A stretch of 16,606 nucleotides of DNA from Fimbriimonadales bacterium. Lineage in GTDB: Bacteria; Armatimonadota; Fimbriimonadia; Fimbriimonadales; JABRVX01. The position numbers were made by a program, and so were the translations under genes. Shown here in pieces: positions 1-8,366 of the stretch. The DNA is taken from the NCBI GenBank assembly GCA_045862955.1, contig BTVI01000056.1:1-16606 (forward strand). The letters run 5' to 3'. A model generated the notes under the pieces. The model saw only the letters and a list, made by a program, of their open reading frames with translations, was not told where the DNA came from and made no database searches. Each line of letters opens with the position of its first letter. Within the stretch, counting starts at the first letter, position 1.

Positions 1-594
1 TCGGGTGAAGTCGGCGCCGTACAGCTCTCGATATCCCCTACCACGACCCGGGCTGTCCTCCGGCCGGCGGACTTCCTGGAATGAGAGGCCCGAGACACCG
101 AAGTGCCTCCCGGAAGCGATGCTGAGTCCGAATGCACCTCCCACGCGAGCGACATACCCGGTAGGAAGGCCCACGTTGCCACCGCACCACGCAATCTTCA
201 GCGGCCAACCGCCGAGAGCAAAGCGCGTATCCGCCCGTGCTGCCGTCACCATTTCCCTCTCCATGGATTCGAGGCCGAAAGGTAGGAGTTGCTTTCCGAC
301 CCGCCAGTAGCCCGTGTCCTCCACGTAGAACTCATTGAGGTACTCGTTATCGGCATCGCCGGCAATCAGCTCCAGGCGCTGGGAAACGAAAGCGCGAAAT
401 CCGACTTCCGTCAGCATCGTGACGGATACCACCGAGTGGTGCCCTGCGTCGTCGTACCAGTGGAAGCGGAACTTGCCATCGCGCTCGGCCCGAACGGTGG
501 GCCAAAGATCCAGGTTGACGGATACCTGAGGTTGCTGGCCCTGGTTGACACAGGCACAGGCGAAGCATAACAAGCAAAGGTAGGCACGGAGCAT
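1..594 (-). CDS. Hypothetical secreted/outer-membrane protein, truncated by the window edge (>=198 aa)
   Basis: Hand translation: ATG at 594-592 with GAGGAG just upstream, and no stop to base 1. Sequence MLRAYLCLLCFACACVNQGQQPQVSVNLDLWPTVRAERDGKFRFHWYDD...LNEFYVEDTGYWRVGKQLLPFG... has a short hydrophobic N-terminus. Absent from the ORF track because no stop lies in the window; the + strand ORF 289..570 is its antisense shadow. Confidence 0.8.
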   Translation of the reverse strand, partial: MLRAYLCLLCFACACVNQGQQPQVSVNLDLWPTVRAERDGKFRFHWYDDAGHHSVVSVTMLTEVGFRAFVSQRLELIAGDADNEYLNEFYVEDTGYWRVGKQLLPFGLESMEREMVTAARADTRFALGGWPLKIAWCGGNVGLPTGYVARVGGAFGLSIASGRHFGVSGLSFQEVRRPEDSPGRGRGYRELYGADFTR

Positions 595-637
595 ATGCTC
601 CTCTGTTCGCCATCTGGTCGGCTGCTTCCTGCCCCGC

Positions 638-3600
638 TCAGGCGGCGGTGACCCGAATCACCTCCTCCACCAGCTCCAGGTTGTGTTTGGCATCCTCAAA
701 GTCGGGTCGAATCTGGAGGGCCTGCTGGAACGCCACCTTCGCCCCTTCGAAGACGCGGAGTCGGAAGAGCGCGTTGCCCAAGACGAACCAGCCGTTCGCA
801 TTTTTGGGGTCGAGCCGCAACGCAGCCTGGTATGCATCGGCTGCCTCGTTGTACGCTCCCAGCTTGTATAGCAGGTCCCCGGCGTTGAACATCGCGTTGG
901 CGTTGTCCGGCTCGAGGTCTATTGCGTCCTTCATGTGAGAGAGCGCGCGGTCCCAATCCTGCAGATTGGCACATGCCCTGCCCCAGTTGACAAACATATC
1001 GGCGCTCAACTCCCCGTGCTCCGCTCTCGCGGCGTAGGCGGCGTTGATCTCGTGCCAGTCGTCGGCCTTCTCGGCAAGGTACAGCCAACGTGCCCATAGG
1101 CGCTCGTTCTGTGGCATCCGTCTGCTGAGTTGGCCTGCCACCTGAGCGGCGCGGCGGTACTCCGTCAGGTCGTTGAGCAGGTCGCTCGCGAGCAGCAGCG
1201 CGCTGTTGCCCACCTTCTCGTCATCAACGGGGATCAGGGCGTGGTCCACCGCCTCACGAGAACGCCCAACCTTTGCCAGGGCAAGAGCGAGGAAGTAGTG
1301 GCCGAGCGGGTAGCCGGGCGACTCCCGCAGGGAATCCTCGAAGCACGCTATCGCAGCCTCGGCATCCCCGAGGGCCAGCCGGCACTGCCCTTCCACGAAC
1401 CGTAACTTGAAGGTGGTTACCGTGTAGTCGCCCGTGGTCTCATCCTTCCACGGCATTGCTCTCGTTCGCTCTACCGCCTCCAGCGCCTCGCTGTACTTGC
1501 CGAGCTGATACAGTGCAGTCGCGCGGCTGAACTCGATAGCAGGGCTACTGATACCTCTCCTATCCGCTGCCCGACAGGCCGCCAAGGCCTCCTCGGGACG
1601 GTTGAGATTGACCATCGCGGAGGCCCAGAGGTGGTAGGCAGTGGCGCAGAAGTCCTGTCGGTCGTGTATGCGATCCGCGCAACTTGCTAGCAGTCGCGCA
1701 GCGTCCTCGTAGCGCCCAGCTACGTAGTACGTGTTCGCAAGGTTGAACTGATGGAAGACGTTCTCGGGATCCTTCTCCAACTCCGCTCGGAGCAGTGAGA
1801 GCGTACGATCCATCTTCCCACGCTCTTGCATCGCCGTCGGCGAATAGCCGTAGTGTAGGATGCGCGCACCTGCGAGGTTCGCTACGGGCAGTCCGCGCTC
1901 GGCTATGCTCTGCATCACCTGCTCATGGATACGGCCCTCGAAGCGTATGCCCGGAAGTCTGCGGAAGAGCCGACAGGGACGATGCGTGAACACGTCGGTG
2001 CCTTCGCCTTCCGACATGAAGTTCAGGATCTGCATCATATATCCGCCGAACTGAGGCCTAACTAGTCCTTCTCGTACCGTGGGGATACTGCTCGCCTCCA
2101 GAGTCTCGTCAGCGTCTAGCCAAAGGACCCACTCCTTGGTGGCATGCCGCAGCGACTCGTTCCGCGCTGCCGAGAAGTCGTCACACCACGGGAAGTGGAC
2201 CACCTTGGCACCGTATGCCTCGGCAATCTCCACGGTCCTGTCAGTGCTGCCGGTATCGGCGATGACGATCTCGTCGACCACTCCCCGTACGCTGTCCAGG
2301 CACCGAGGGAGGTTGCTCTCTTCGTTCTTTACTATCATGCAGAGCGATAGACCGGTGCCGAGGGGCTGCATGGACTCCGGTGACCATCCCGCTGCTATCA
2401 GGCGCGCACCGATAGCGGCTGCACGCGACCTAGCATGTTTGCGCTGCTTTGCGGAGGTCCACTTGCACGTTGATAGGTTGGTGTAGTACCCATAGAGGGC
2501 GATCAGGGCAGCCGTCAGTCGGTAGTCGCTGCCATCTAGCGTCATGGCATGCTCCGCGACATCGTAAGCGCGGTCCTCGCGCTGGCTGTAGGCATAGGCC
2601 CAAGCGAGCTGCCCGAGCACTTCCAGAGAGTCGGTATGCGTTTGCCGCGCCTCTTCCAACGACCTCACTGCCTCATCCCAGTTGCCTACGTTCAGCAACG
2701 CCTTAGCTCGCGCTGCAATCAGCGCAGGCTCATGAGGCTGGTCGCGTAAGGCACGCTCGACGACTGCCAGATCCACGCCCACTCGTCCCCGAAGTTCCAG
2801 GTCCAGTGCCAGTCCGGCTACCAAAGTGGGCCTGGCGATCGGCTTCGCATCCAAGGCTGGTAGTTCGCGGAGCCTCTGCTCGATCACGGCGGCTGCAGCG
2901 TCCCAAGTGTGATGGCGGTGCATATGCTGCGACGCCCTCCGACCGACCATTCGAGCGGTATCGCGGTCTTCGAACACTGCGCGCATCAGCTGGCGAAGGT
3001 GATTCACGCTCGGCTCGGCCCACATGGGTGGTATGGCGAGGTCGAAAGATGCCAGTCCTTCAGTTGGCCCAGGCTTTTCGGTAGCATCCACGAGGTACGC
3101 AACGTCATCGTTCACGTAGTCTAGGGGCGCGCCGTGACGTGTTATGATCACCGGCAGCCCACAGGCCATCGCCTCGGCAATCGGCAGGCCGTACCCCTCG
3201 CCGCGGAACGGATGCACTAACGCGTCGCAGGCTCGGTAGAGAGCAGGCACCTGCTCATCGCTCAAGTTAGCAGTTACGTACACGATGCTTGGGCAGCTCG
3301 GATTGTTAGCGGCGGCTCGGATGCGTTCTCCCAGTCCCTGACCGCGATAGAAGGACTGTGCACCGAACTCCTTTATCACCAGGCACACATCTTCGTCCGG
3401 ACCGAACTCGGCGAGGTATGCGTCTAGCAGCAAGTCGGCACCCTTGCGCGGGATCGTGCCACCCACGAAGAGGAAGCGGAACCCCTTTTCGGTCGGCAGG
3501 TCCAGCTTCGGGCCTTCTGGCCGCATCGTAGTGGGGTCAATCCCATGCGGTGTGACGAACACTCGCTCGGGGTTCATGCCCGAGGCCACGAAACCGTCTC

Positions 3601-3982
3601 GTACATAACGAGTGGGCACCCAGAACTGCGCTGCCACCTCGTTGGCCACCCGAACCCACTCTCGAGGTGCAGCCCAGTACTCCCACGGCTGCAGGATGAC
3701 GAGGTGTCCGTAGGGCGGCGTGCGGAAATCGGGGGGGAACTGGAAGCGGACGGTGACAGCGGGAGGGTCGGGCACCCCGTAGAGCCGCTCGGCGAGCGCC
3801 CCTTCCCTCTCGCGCCCGAACTCGCCGACACGATCCGGCAGGATGCCGACCTGCCAGGTCGGGTTCCGGCGGAGAAGTGCCAGCAGGGTCTCGCGATTGC
3901 ACAATCCTAGGCTGTGCTGCTCGAAGAAGGGTCCTTCCCAGATGGTGTTCGGTAGCTGTGTCGTGTGTCGCCTGCTGCCCAT
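638..3982 (-). CDS. Multidomain glycosyltransferase: GT4 (GT-B) + TPR-like linker + GT2 (GT-A) + C-terminal TPR array
   Basis: GT4 motifs FLFVGGTIPRKGADLLL and EGYGLPIAEAMACGLPVI. GT2 start LSLCMIVKNEESNLPRCLDSV (~aa 545), plus IADTGSTD, FSAARN, DxD motif WLDADE and FEGRIHEQ. TPR-like helices, e.g. AMFNAGDLLYKLGAYNEAADAYQAALRLDPKN. GGGAG upstream of the ATG. Confidence 0.92.
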   Translation of the reverse strand: MGSRRHTTQLPNTIWEGPFFEQHSLGLCNRETLLALLRRNPTWQVGILPDRVGEFGREREGALAERLYGVPDPPAVTVRFQFPPDFRTPPYGHLVILQPWEYWAAPREWVRVANEVAAQFWVPTRYVRDGFVASGMNPERVFVTPHGIDPTTMRPEGPKLDLPTEKGFRFLFVGGTIPRKGADLLLDAYLAEFGPDEDVCLVIKEFGAQSFYRGQGLGERIRAAANNPSCPSIVYVTANLSDEQVPALYRACDALVHPFRGEGYGLPIAEAMACGLPVIITRHGAPLDYVNDDVAYLVDATEKPGPTEGLASFDLAIPPMWAEPSVNHLRQLMRAVFEDRDTARMVGRRASQHMHRHHTWDAAAAVIEQRLRELPALDAKPIARPTLVAGLALDLELRGRVGVDLAVVERALRDQPHEPALIAARAKALLNVGNWDEAVRSLEEARQTHTDSLEVLGQLAWAYAYSQREDRAYDVAEHAMTLDGSDYRLTAALIALYGYYTNLSTCKWTSAKQRKHARSRAAAIGARLIAAGWSPESMQPLGTGLSLCMIVKNEESNLPRCLDSVRGVVDEIVIADTGSTDRTVEIAEAYGAKVVHFPWCDDFSAARNESLRHATKEWVLWLDADETLEASSIPTVREGLVRPQFGGYMMQILNFMSEGEGTDVFTHRPCRLFRRLPGIRFEGRIHEQVMQSIAERGLPVANLAGARILHYGYSPTAMQERGKMDRTLSLLRAELEKDPENVFHQFNLANTYYVAGRYEDAARLLASCADRIHDRQDFCATAYHLWASAMVNLNRPEEALAACRAADRRGISSPAIEFSRATALYQLGKYSEALEAVERTRAMPWKDETTGDYTVTTFKLRFVEGQCRLALGDAEAAIACFEDSLRESPGYPLGHYFLALALAKVGRSREAVDHALIPVDDEKVGNSALLLASDLLNDLTEYRRAAQVAGQLSRRMPQNERLWARWLYLAEKADDWHEINAAYAARAEHGELSADMFVNWGRACANLQDWDRALSHMKDAIDLEPDNANAMFNAGDLLYKLGAYNEAADAYQAALRLDPKNANGWFVLGNALFRLRVFEGAKVAFQQALQIRPDFEDAKHNLELVEEVIRVTAA

Positions 3983-4105
3983 GCCAAGTCTCCCAAGAGA
4001 ATGCGAGCCGAGGCTCGCGCCCCGGCCCGAGTTCGGATCCGCTCTTCTCCCGCGCAGCTTCCCGAAATGGCCGCTCGCTTACGGCGGGCCTCGGCTGCTG
4101 CCGGA

Positions 4106-4375
4106 CTAGTTGTAGGAACGGTCAGCCTCCATACGAAGCACCCTTCGGGCGCCTGCGATGCTAAACATTTCGTCTTTGAGCAGCTTCCGTATCTGAAAGA
4201 TGCTGCTGATATCTTCCGGTCGATAGCGCCGTTGACCGCCTGCAGTGCGGATGGGACGAAGGTACTGTGGGAACTCCTTCTCCCAGTACCGCAGCGTATG
4301 CACTTCCACCCCGGTGATGCGGCTTGCCACGCTAATCGGCACCGCTTGTTCCCCACGCGGATGCCTGTGCCTCAT
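4106..4375 (-). CDS. Short MerR-family HTH transcriptional regulator without an effector domain
   Basis: ISVASRITGVEVHTLRYWEKEF...RTAGGQRRYRPEDI is a typical MerR winged HTH; GGAGG SD upstream; 89 aa. Confidence 0.9.
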   Translation of the reverse strand: MRHRHPRGEQAVPISVASRITGVEVHTLRYWEKEFPQYLRPIRTAGGQRRYRPEDISSIFQIRKLLKDEMFSIAGARRVLRMEADRSYN

Positions 4376-4481
4376 GCAGATGTCCTCCGCCAGATCGGCA
4401 TTTGATGCCCGATAAGAGCCCGAATAGGTCGGGCAAACCTAGGGCTATTATCGGAACCGGTGGGAGGCTTCAACAGGTGGC

Positions 4482-4524
4482 GTAGGGGCCGGTGTCTCCG
4501 TCGCTTGTGACGGAGACACCGGCC
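4482..4524. repeat. GTAG-tagged perfect 16-bp hairpin (REP-like; possibly also terminates the UPF0182 gene)
   Basis: GGCCGGTGTCTCCGTC (4487-4502) and GACGGAGACACCGGCC (4509-4524) are exact reverse complements with a 6-nt loop. GTAG precedes at 4482. Lies 8 nt beyond the UPF0182 stop; no U-tract on the minus strand. Confidence 0.65.
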
Positions 4525-4532
4525 GGAGGGGG

Positions 4533-7346
4533 CTAGCGCCGAGGCTCGGCCTCCCCGACAAAGTGGCGCTGCAGTGCCTGGAGCGCCTCGTCCAGCTTCT
4601 GCTGGGCCGCGCCGTAGCCCGCCCAGTCTTGCTTGGCAAGGGCCTGCTTTGCCTCTGCGCGGGCCGCCAACGCTCGAGAGAGCATCTGCTCCGGCGATTC
4701 CTTGGGAACTTCGGCGGCCGGCTGAGCTTTGGCACCGGGCTTCGGGGGCGGGGAGCCCTCGACTCTCGGGGCCTGATCGCCGAACAGCCGTGCGAGTGCT
4801 TCGGCATAGGTATCGCCTACCACCGCTCGACGCTGTGTGGCCAGCGCAACCTTTTTCAGCTCGGGGATCGGGCGGTCACCGGCAGCTTGCAGGTAAAGAG
4901 GCTCCACATACAAGATGCTGTTACCGACGGGTACTACTAGCAGGTTGCCACGACGAACCCGCGAGCCGCGTTGACCGACCAGCGTTGCCCACTGTGATAT
5001 CTCCTCGTTCTGATAGAAGATATTGCTCGCCTGCTTCGGACCCACGAGACTGCTGGTGCGCGGGAATCGGTAGAGCACGAGCTCGCCGAAGCGATCGGGA
5101 TCACAGTGTGCTGCCAACCATGCTGAGAGGTTGGGTCTTCCCAGTGGAGTGAACGGGAGCATCAGGATGAAGCTGTCCTTGTCGTCATCCGGCACTCGAA
5201 GCTGGCAGTAGTAGGCCTCCATCGGCCGATCTCCACCCTCTTCCGTGGACTCCTTGGGAAGCGACCACCGGTCCTCCTTCTGATACCAGACCTTGGGGTC
5301 CTGGATATGATAGAGCTGCAGTTGGTTGCACTGTGCCATGAACAGGTCCTCTGGGTACCGGATGTGTGCCTGCAAGCTCTGAGGCATGGCCGATCTCGGC
5401 TTTACCAGTCCCGGGTAGATACCTAGGTAGGTCTTCAGGATGGGGTCCTGGTCATCGAAGTTGTACGCGGTCATCGCACCGGTTGCTGCATCGATTACGA
5501 CCTTCACGCTGTTACGGATGTAGTTCGGGGCGTAATCGGATCCACCGGAATGGGCGGCGTACGGATAGCGATTGGTGGTGGTGTATCCGTCCATCATCCA
5601 GTACACACGCCCATCTGCTATCACCGGGTAGGGATCGCCGTCGAAGGTAAGGAACGGATAGACCGCATAGGCACGCTCCATGATGTTGCGACGTAGCAGC
5701 ACCTTGGAGCGAGGCGTGAACGCCTCTGTCGTTATGACACTGAACTCCGATAGGGCAGCAGATACTAACAGCCTCCGGAAGAAGCTGCCGACTGCGATGC
5801 CCCGATTGCCGGGGAACGCCGGAGCCAGGTTCTGGCCGTCCGGCTGGGCCTCCGTCTCTGCAGAGATCTCTGCGATCTGGCTGTGCACGAACACCGGGTT
5901 CCCGGGCCCCTCGGTGTAGTACAACCTCGACTCCTTCACCGGGAGGTCGGGAGGATACTTCGGCGGCAAGTCAGCTACGATGAAGTTCGGGCGACCTTCG
6001 GGATCGGCAGAGTTGACCGGGTTGAGCACCACCCCCATTCCATGCGTGTATTGGAAGCGCAGGTTCTGCCACGTCTTCGCGCCAGGTCCGAGACCGTCCG
6101 TATCCAGCTCTCGCGCTCCAATGTTGACCATGCGCTGCTTGCCGTCTATCCGGTAACGGTCGACGTCAACCTCTCGGAAGCGGTAGTACTGCTTGATGAC
6201 CTGCAGTCCGTCGTAGGTGTCATTGATTACTCGATAGTCCCAGAGCCGCATGTTTTCCAGCGTGCCGGCTGCCGCCTGTAGATCCTCGGCGGTAGGCTCG
6301 GCGCGCGGCTGCCAGTTGACGACGCGGATGCGATCGAGCATGTAAGCGGACCGGGTGTAGTCAATCGCGTGCTTGATAAAGGGAGACTCCTTCTCGAGCT
6401 CGTTGGGGCTCACCACCGTCGCCTGGAGCATGCCGGGATATACGAGGTAGCCCACGATCCACACGAGCACCAGCGCTCCCAACCCATAGCCGTGAACGTG
6501 GAAGCGCCGGAGGCTCCACGCACCGAACGCGAACACGGCGGCGAGCGCCCAACAGAGATAGGCGATCAGTGCCAGTACGGGCAGTCTCGCAGACACGTCG
6601 GCGGCACCAGGACCCGTGAAGAGGCTGCCGCCAGCGTACAGAAAACCGTACCGCGCAAGCCAAACCTGGCAGCCGAGCAAGGCCAAGGTAGCAGCGGCCA
6701 GCAGGTTCAGTTGGGGCGTCGCCCTCGGGATAGAGAGGTGCGCACGACCGAAACCTGCGATGGCACGACCTACGAGGTAGATACCGCCGACCGCTAGCAG
6801 CGTAAGCAGTGAGAGGAAGAAGGCAGAGCCTGCCAAGCTCTCGAGGAGCGGAAGCCGGAACGCGTAGAAAGAGATGTCCGCACCGAAGATCGGGTCGGTC
6901 TTGCCGAAGGGCGTGGCGTTCAGGAACACCAGTAGGTTCTCCCACTGCCCTCGGAGACCTAGACCGAACAGCACGGCGAGCACCGCGACGAGAATCCACG
7001 CCACACGAAGGATGCCGCCGCGGCCTGCGCGCATCAGCACGGTGAAAAACTCCCTGGCCGGGTGATCCACGCCCGGGTGAATGATGGTGAAAGAACGCAG
7101 CGCCCCCGCCACGTTCAACCCTAGAAACAGGAACGACACTACGAAGCCGATCGCGAAAAGGAGGAGCCGAGTGTTGAACCGCACCGCGAACACCTGAGGC
7201 TGCCGAGCATCTTCCAAGAACCACAGCCAGTTCATGTAGGCCGTCGTGGCTGCCCCACCGAAGGCTATGACCAGGACGAGTACGACCAGCAGGAAGATGC
7301 CGACTTTGCGGCCTCGCGTCATCTCTTGCCTATGCTCAGACAGCAT
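4533..7346 (-). CDS. UPF0182 family integral membrane protein
   Basis: Multiple N-terminal TM segments. Family motifs PFGKTDPIFGADISFYAFRLP, VSPNELEKESPFI, NMRLWD, DVDRY, YTHG, NYIRNSVKVVIDA, HIRYPEDLF, GNLLVVP, YVEPLYL. AAAGGAGG SD. Confidence 0.95.
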   Translation of the reverse strand: MLSEHRQEMTRGRKVGIFLLVVLVLVIAFGGAATTAYMNWLWFLEDARQPQVFAVRFNTRLLLFAIGFVVSFLFLGLNVAGALRSFTIIHPGVDHPAREFFTVLMRAGRGGILRVAWILVAVLAVLFGLGLRGQWENLLVFLNATPFGKTDPIFGADISFYAFRLPLLESLAGSAFFLSLLTLLAVGGIYLVGRAIAGFGRAHLSIPRATPQLNLLAAATLALLGCQVWLARYGFLYAGGSLFTGPGAADVSARLPVLALIAYLCWALAAVFAFGAWSLRRFHVHGYGLGALVLVWIVGYLVYPGMLQATVVSPNELEKESPFIKHAIDYTRSAYMLDRIRVVNWQPRAEPTAEDLQAAAGTLENMRLWDYRVINDTYDGLQVIKQYYRFREVDVDRYRIDGKQRMVNIGARELDTDGLGPGAKTWQNLRFQYTHGMGVVLNPVNSADPEGRPNFIVADLPPKYPPDLPVKESRLYYTEGPGNPVFVHSQIAEISAETEAQPDGQNLAPAFPGNRGIAVGSFFRRLLVSAALSEFSVITTEAFTPRSKVLLRRNIMERAYAVYPFLTFDGDPYPVIADGRVYWMMDGYTTTNRYPYAAHSGGSDYAPNYIRNSVKVVIDAATGAMTAYNFDDQDPILKTYLGIYPGLVKPRSAMPQSLQAHIRYPEDLFMAQCNQLQLYHIQDPKVWYQKEDRWSLPKESTEEGGDRPMEAYYCQLRVPDDDKDSFILMLPFTPLGRPNLSAWLAAHCDPDRFGELVLYRFPRTSSLVGPKQASNIFYQNEEISQWATLVGQRGSRVRRGNLLVVPVGNSILYVEPLYLQAAGDRPIPELKKVALATQRRAVVGDTYAEALARLFGDQAPRVEGSPPPKPGAKAQPAAEVPKESPEQMLSRALAARAEAKQALAKQDWAGYGAAQQKLDEALQALQRHFVGEAEPRR

Positions 7347-7419
7347 GCTGTCCTCCTTTGCAGCGACCTGGAGGCAGCCCGAGTGCCTCGGTCGTCAACG
7401 TCAATACGGACAATACCCG

Positions 7420-7468
7420 GTAGGGGCTGCGTTCGCCCGGCCCGAGTATGCCTAGAGCCGGGCAACGC
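7420..7468 (+). repeat. GTAGGGGC-tagged imperfect hairpin (REP-like)
   Basis: GTAGGGGC at 7420-7427. GCGTT(C)GCCCGGC (7429-7441) pairs with GCCGGGC-AACGC (7457-7468). Resembles the minus-strand end of the array near 16158. Confidence 0.4.
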
Positions 7469-7510
7469 TTGGGACCCACCCGCGCCGGATCCGCGAGCCC
7501 GGTTGTCGGG

Positions 7511-7516
7511 TATGAT
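7511..7516 (+). promoter_or_regulatory. Candidate sigma70 -10 box for the rpsF operon
   Basis: TATGAT in a very GC-rich gap, just upstream of the structured leader; no convincing -35. Confidence 0.4.
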
Positions 7517-7545
7517 GCTGGATCGCGCGGCCGCCAGAGGCGGCC

Positions 7546-7594
7546 GGCCTCTCTGCCCGTTCGCGGGCCGAGCAACATCGTCCATAGGGAGGCT
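7546..7594 (+). ncRNA. S6:S18 ribosomal protein leader (cis-regulatory RNA)
   Basis: Outer stem GGCCTCTCT (7546-7554) pairs with AGGGAGGCT (7586-7594) and sequesters the SD. Inner hairpin GCCCG-TTCG-CGGGC (7555-7568) runs into CCG (7568-7570). Directly upstream of rpsF, matching the known S6:S18-binding leader architecture. Confidence 0.8.
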
Positions 7595-7602
7595 AGACAC
7601 AG

Positions 7603-7950
7603 TTGGACTTGCGTCAATATGAAGTGCTCTACATCGTGGCTCCTGAAGTCCCGGAGCCGGAAGTAGAGGCCCTCGTCGCCCGATTCGACAAGGTGGTCGC
7701 CGACAACGGCGGCGAAGTGGAGAAATCCGGAGTCTGGGAGAAGCGCCGCTTGGCGTACGAGATTGCCGGTCGCCGTGAGGGAGTTTACTGCCTCATGCAC
7801 ATCAAGGCCCCTCCGGCTCTGCCCAAGGAGCTGACCCGCCAGATGTCGATCACAGATCAGGTTTTGCGGGTCCGCGTGTATTCTCGGGATCCGGAGCGCG
7901 AAGCTCCCCGAGTGAAGAAGGCGAAGGAAAGGGTCAGCGATGATCAATAG
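7603..7950 (+). CDS. rpsF: 30S ribosomal protein S6
   Basis: RQYEVLYIVAP...WEKRRLAYEI...EGVYCLM...VLR; TTG start with GGGAGG SD; rpsF-ssb-rpsR synteny. Confidence 0.97.
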   Translation: MDLRQYEVLYIVAPEVPEPEVEALVARFDKVVADNGGEVEKSGVWEKRRLAYEIAGRREGVYCLMHIKAPPALPKELTRQMSITDQVLRVRVYSRDPEREAPRVKKAKERVSDDQ

Positions 7951-8356
7951 GATAGTGCTGGTCGGGAGGCTCACGAGAGATCCCGAGCTGCGAACCACCA
8001 ACACGGGTAAGCAGGTGGCTTCGTTCCGAATCGCCGTCGATCGAGCATACAGTCAGGAGCCGCAAGCCGATTTTATCAACGTCGTGTGCTGGGGCCAGAC
8101 TGCGGAGTTCGTCTCGAACTACCTGACGAAGGGACGGCTGGTCGGTGTGGACGGCAGGCTCCAGACACGCACTTGGGAGGACCAAGAGGGCCGCAAGCGA
8201 TACGAGTTCGAGGTCGTGGCGGAGCGCGTAAAGGGGCTGGACCGCCCGCGCGACAGCGAGTCCCGTGACGACTATTCCGATTTTGGCGACGCCGACATCC
8301 CGGAGCCTTTGCGCGGTGGGAACGGCGACCCGAGCGACCCCTTCGAGACGGAGTAG
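7940..8356 (+). CDS. ssb: Single-stranded DNA-binding protein
   Basis: [18 protein letters not shown]...[10 protein letters not shown]...[16 protein letters not shown]; acidic tail; 11-nt overlap with rpsF. Confidence 0.98.
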   Translation: MINRIVLVGRLTRDPELRTTNTGKQVASFRIAVDRAYSQEPQADFINVVCWGQTAEFVSNYLTKGRLVGVDGRLQTRTWEDQEGRKRYEFEVVAERVKGLDRPRDSESRDDYSDFGDADIPEPLRGGNGDPSDPFETE

Positions 8357-8366
8357 AGAGACAGAC

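Noticed and set aside
4445..4473. Minus-strand promoter TTGAAG-17-TAATAG for the MerR gene
   Set aside because: The -10 lacks the conserved final T, and the alternative GATAAT gives only 15-nt spacing; too weak to call.
8265..8366. Longer rpsR start at 8265 (and the longer starts at 8805 for PGI/PMI and 13930 for hfq)
   Set aside because: They overlap upstream genes or hairpins. The downstream ATGs fit better by spacing (rpsR) or by SD and homology (PGI/PMI, hfq).
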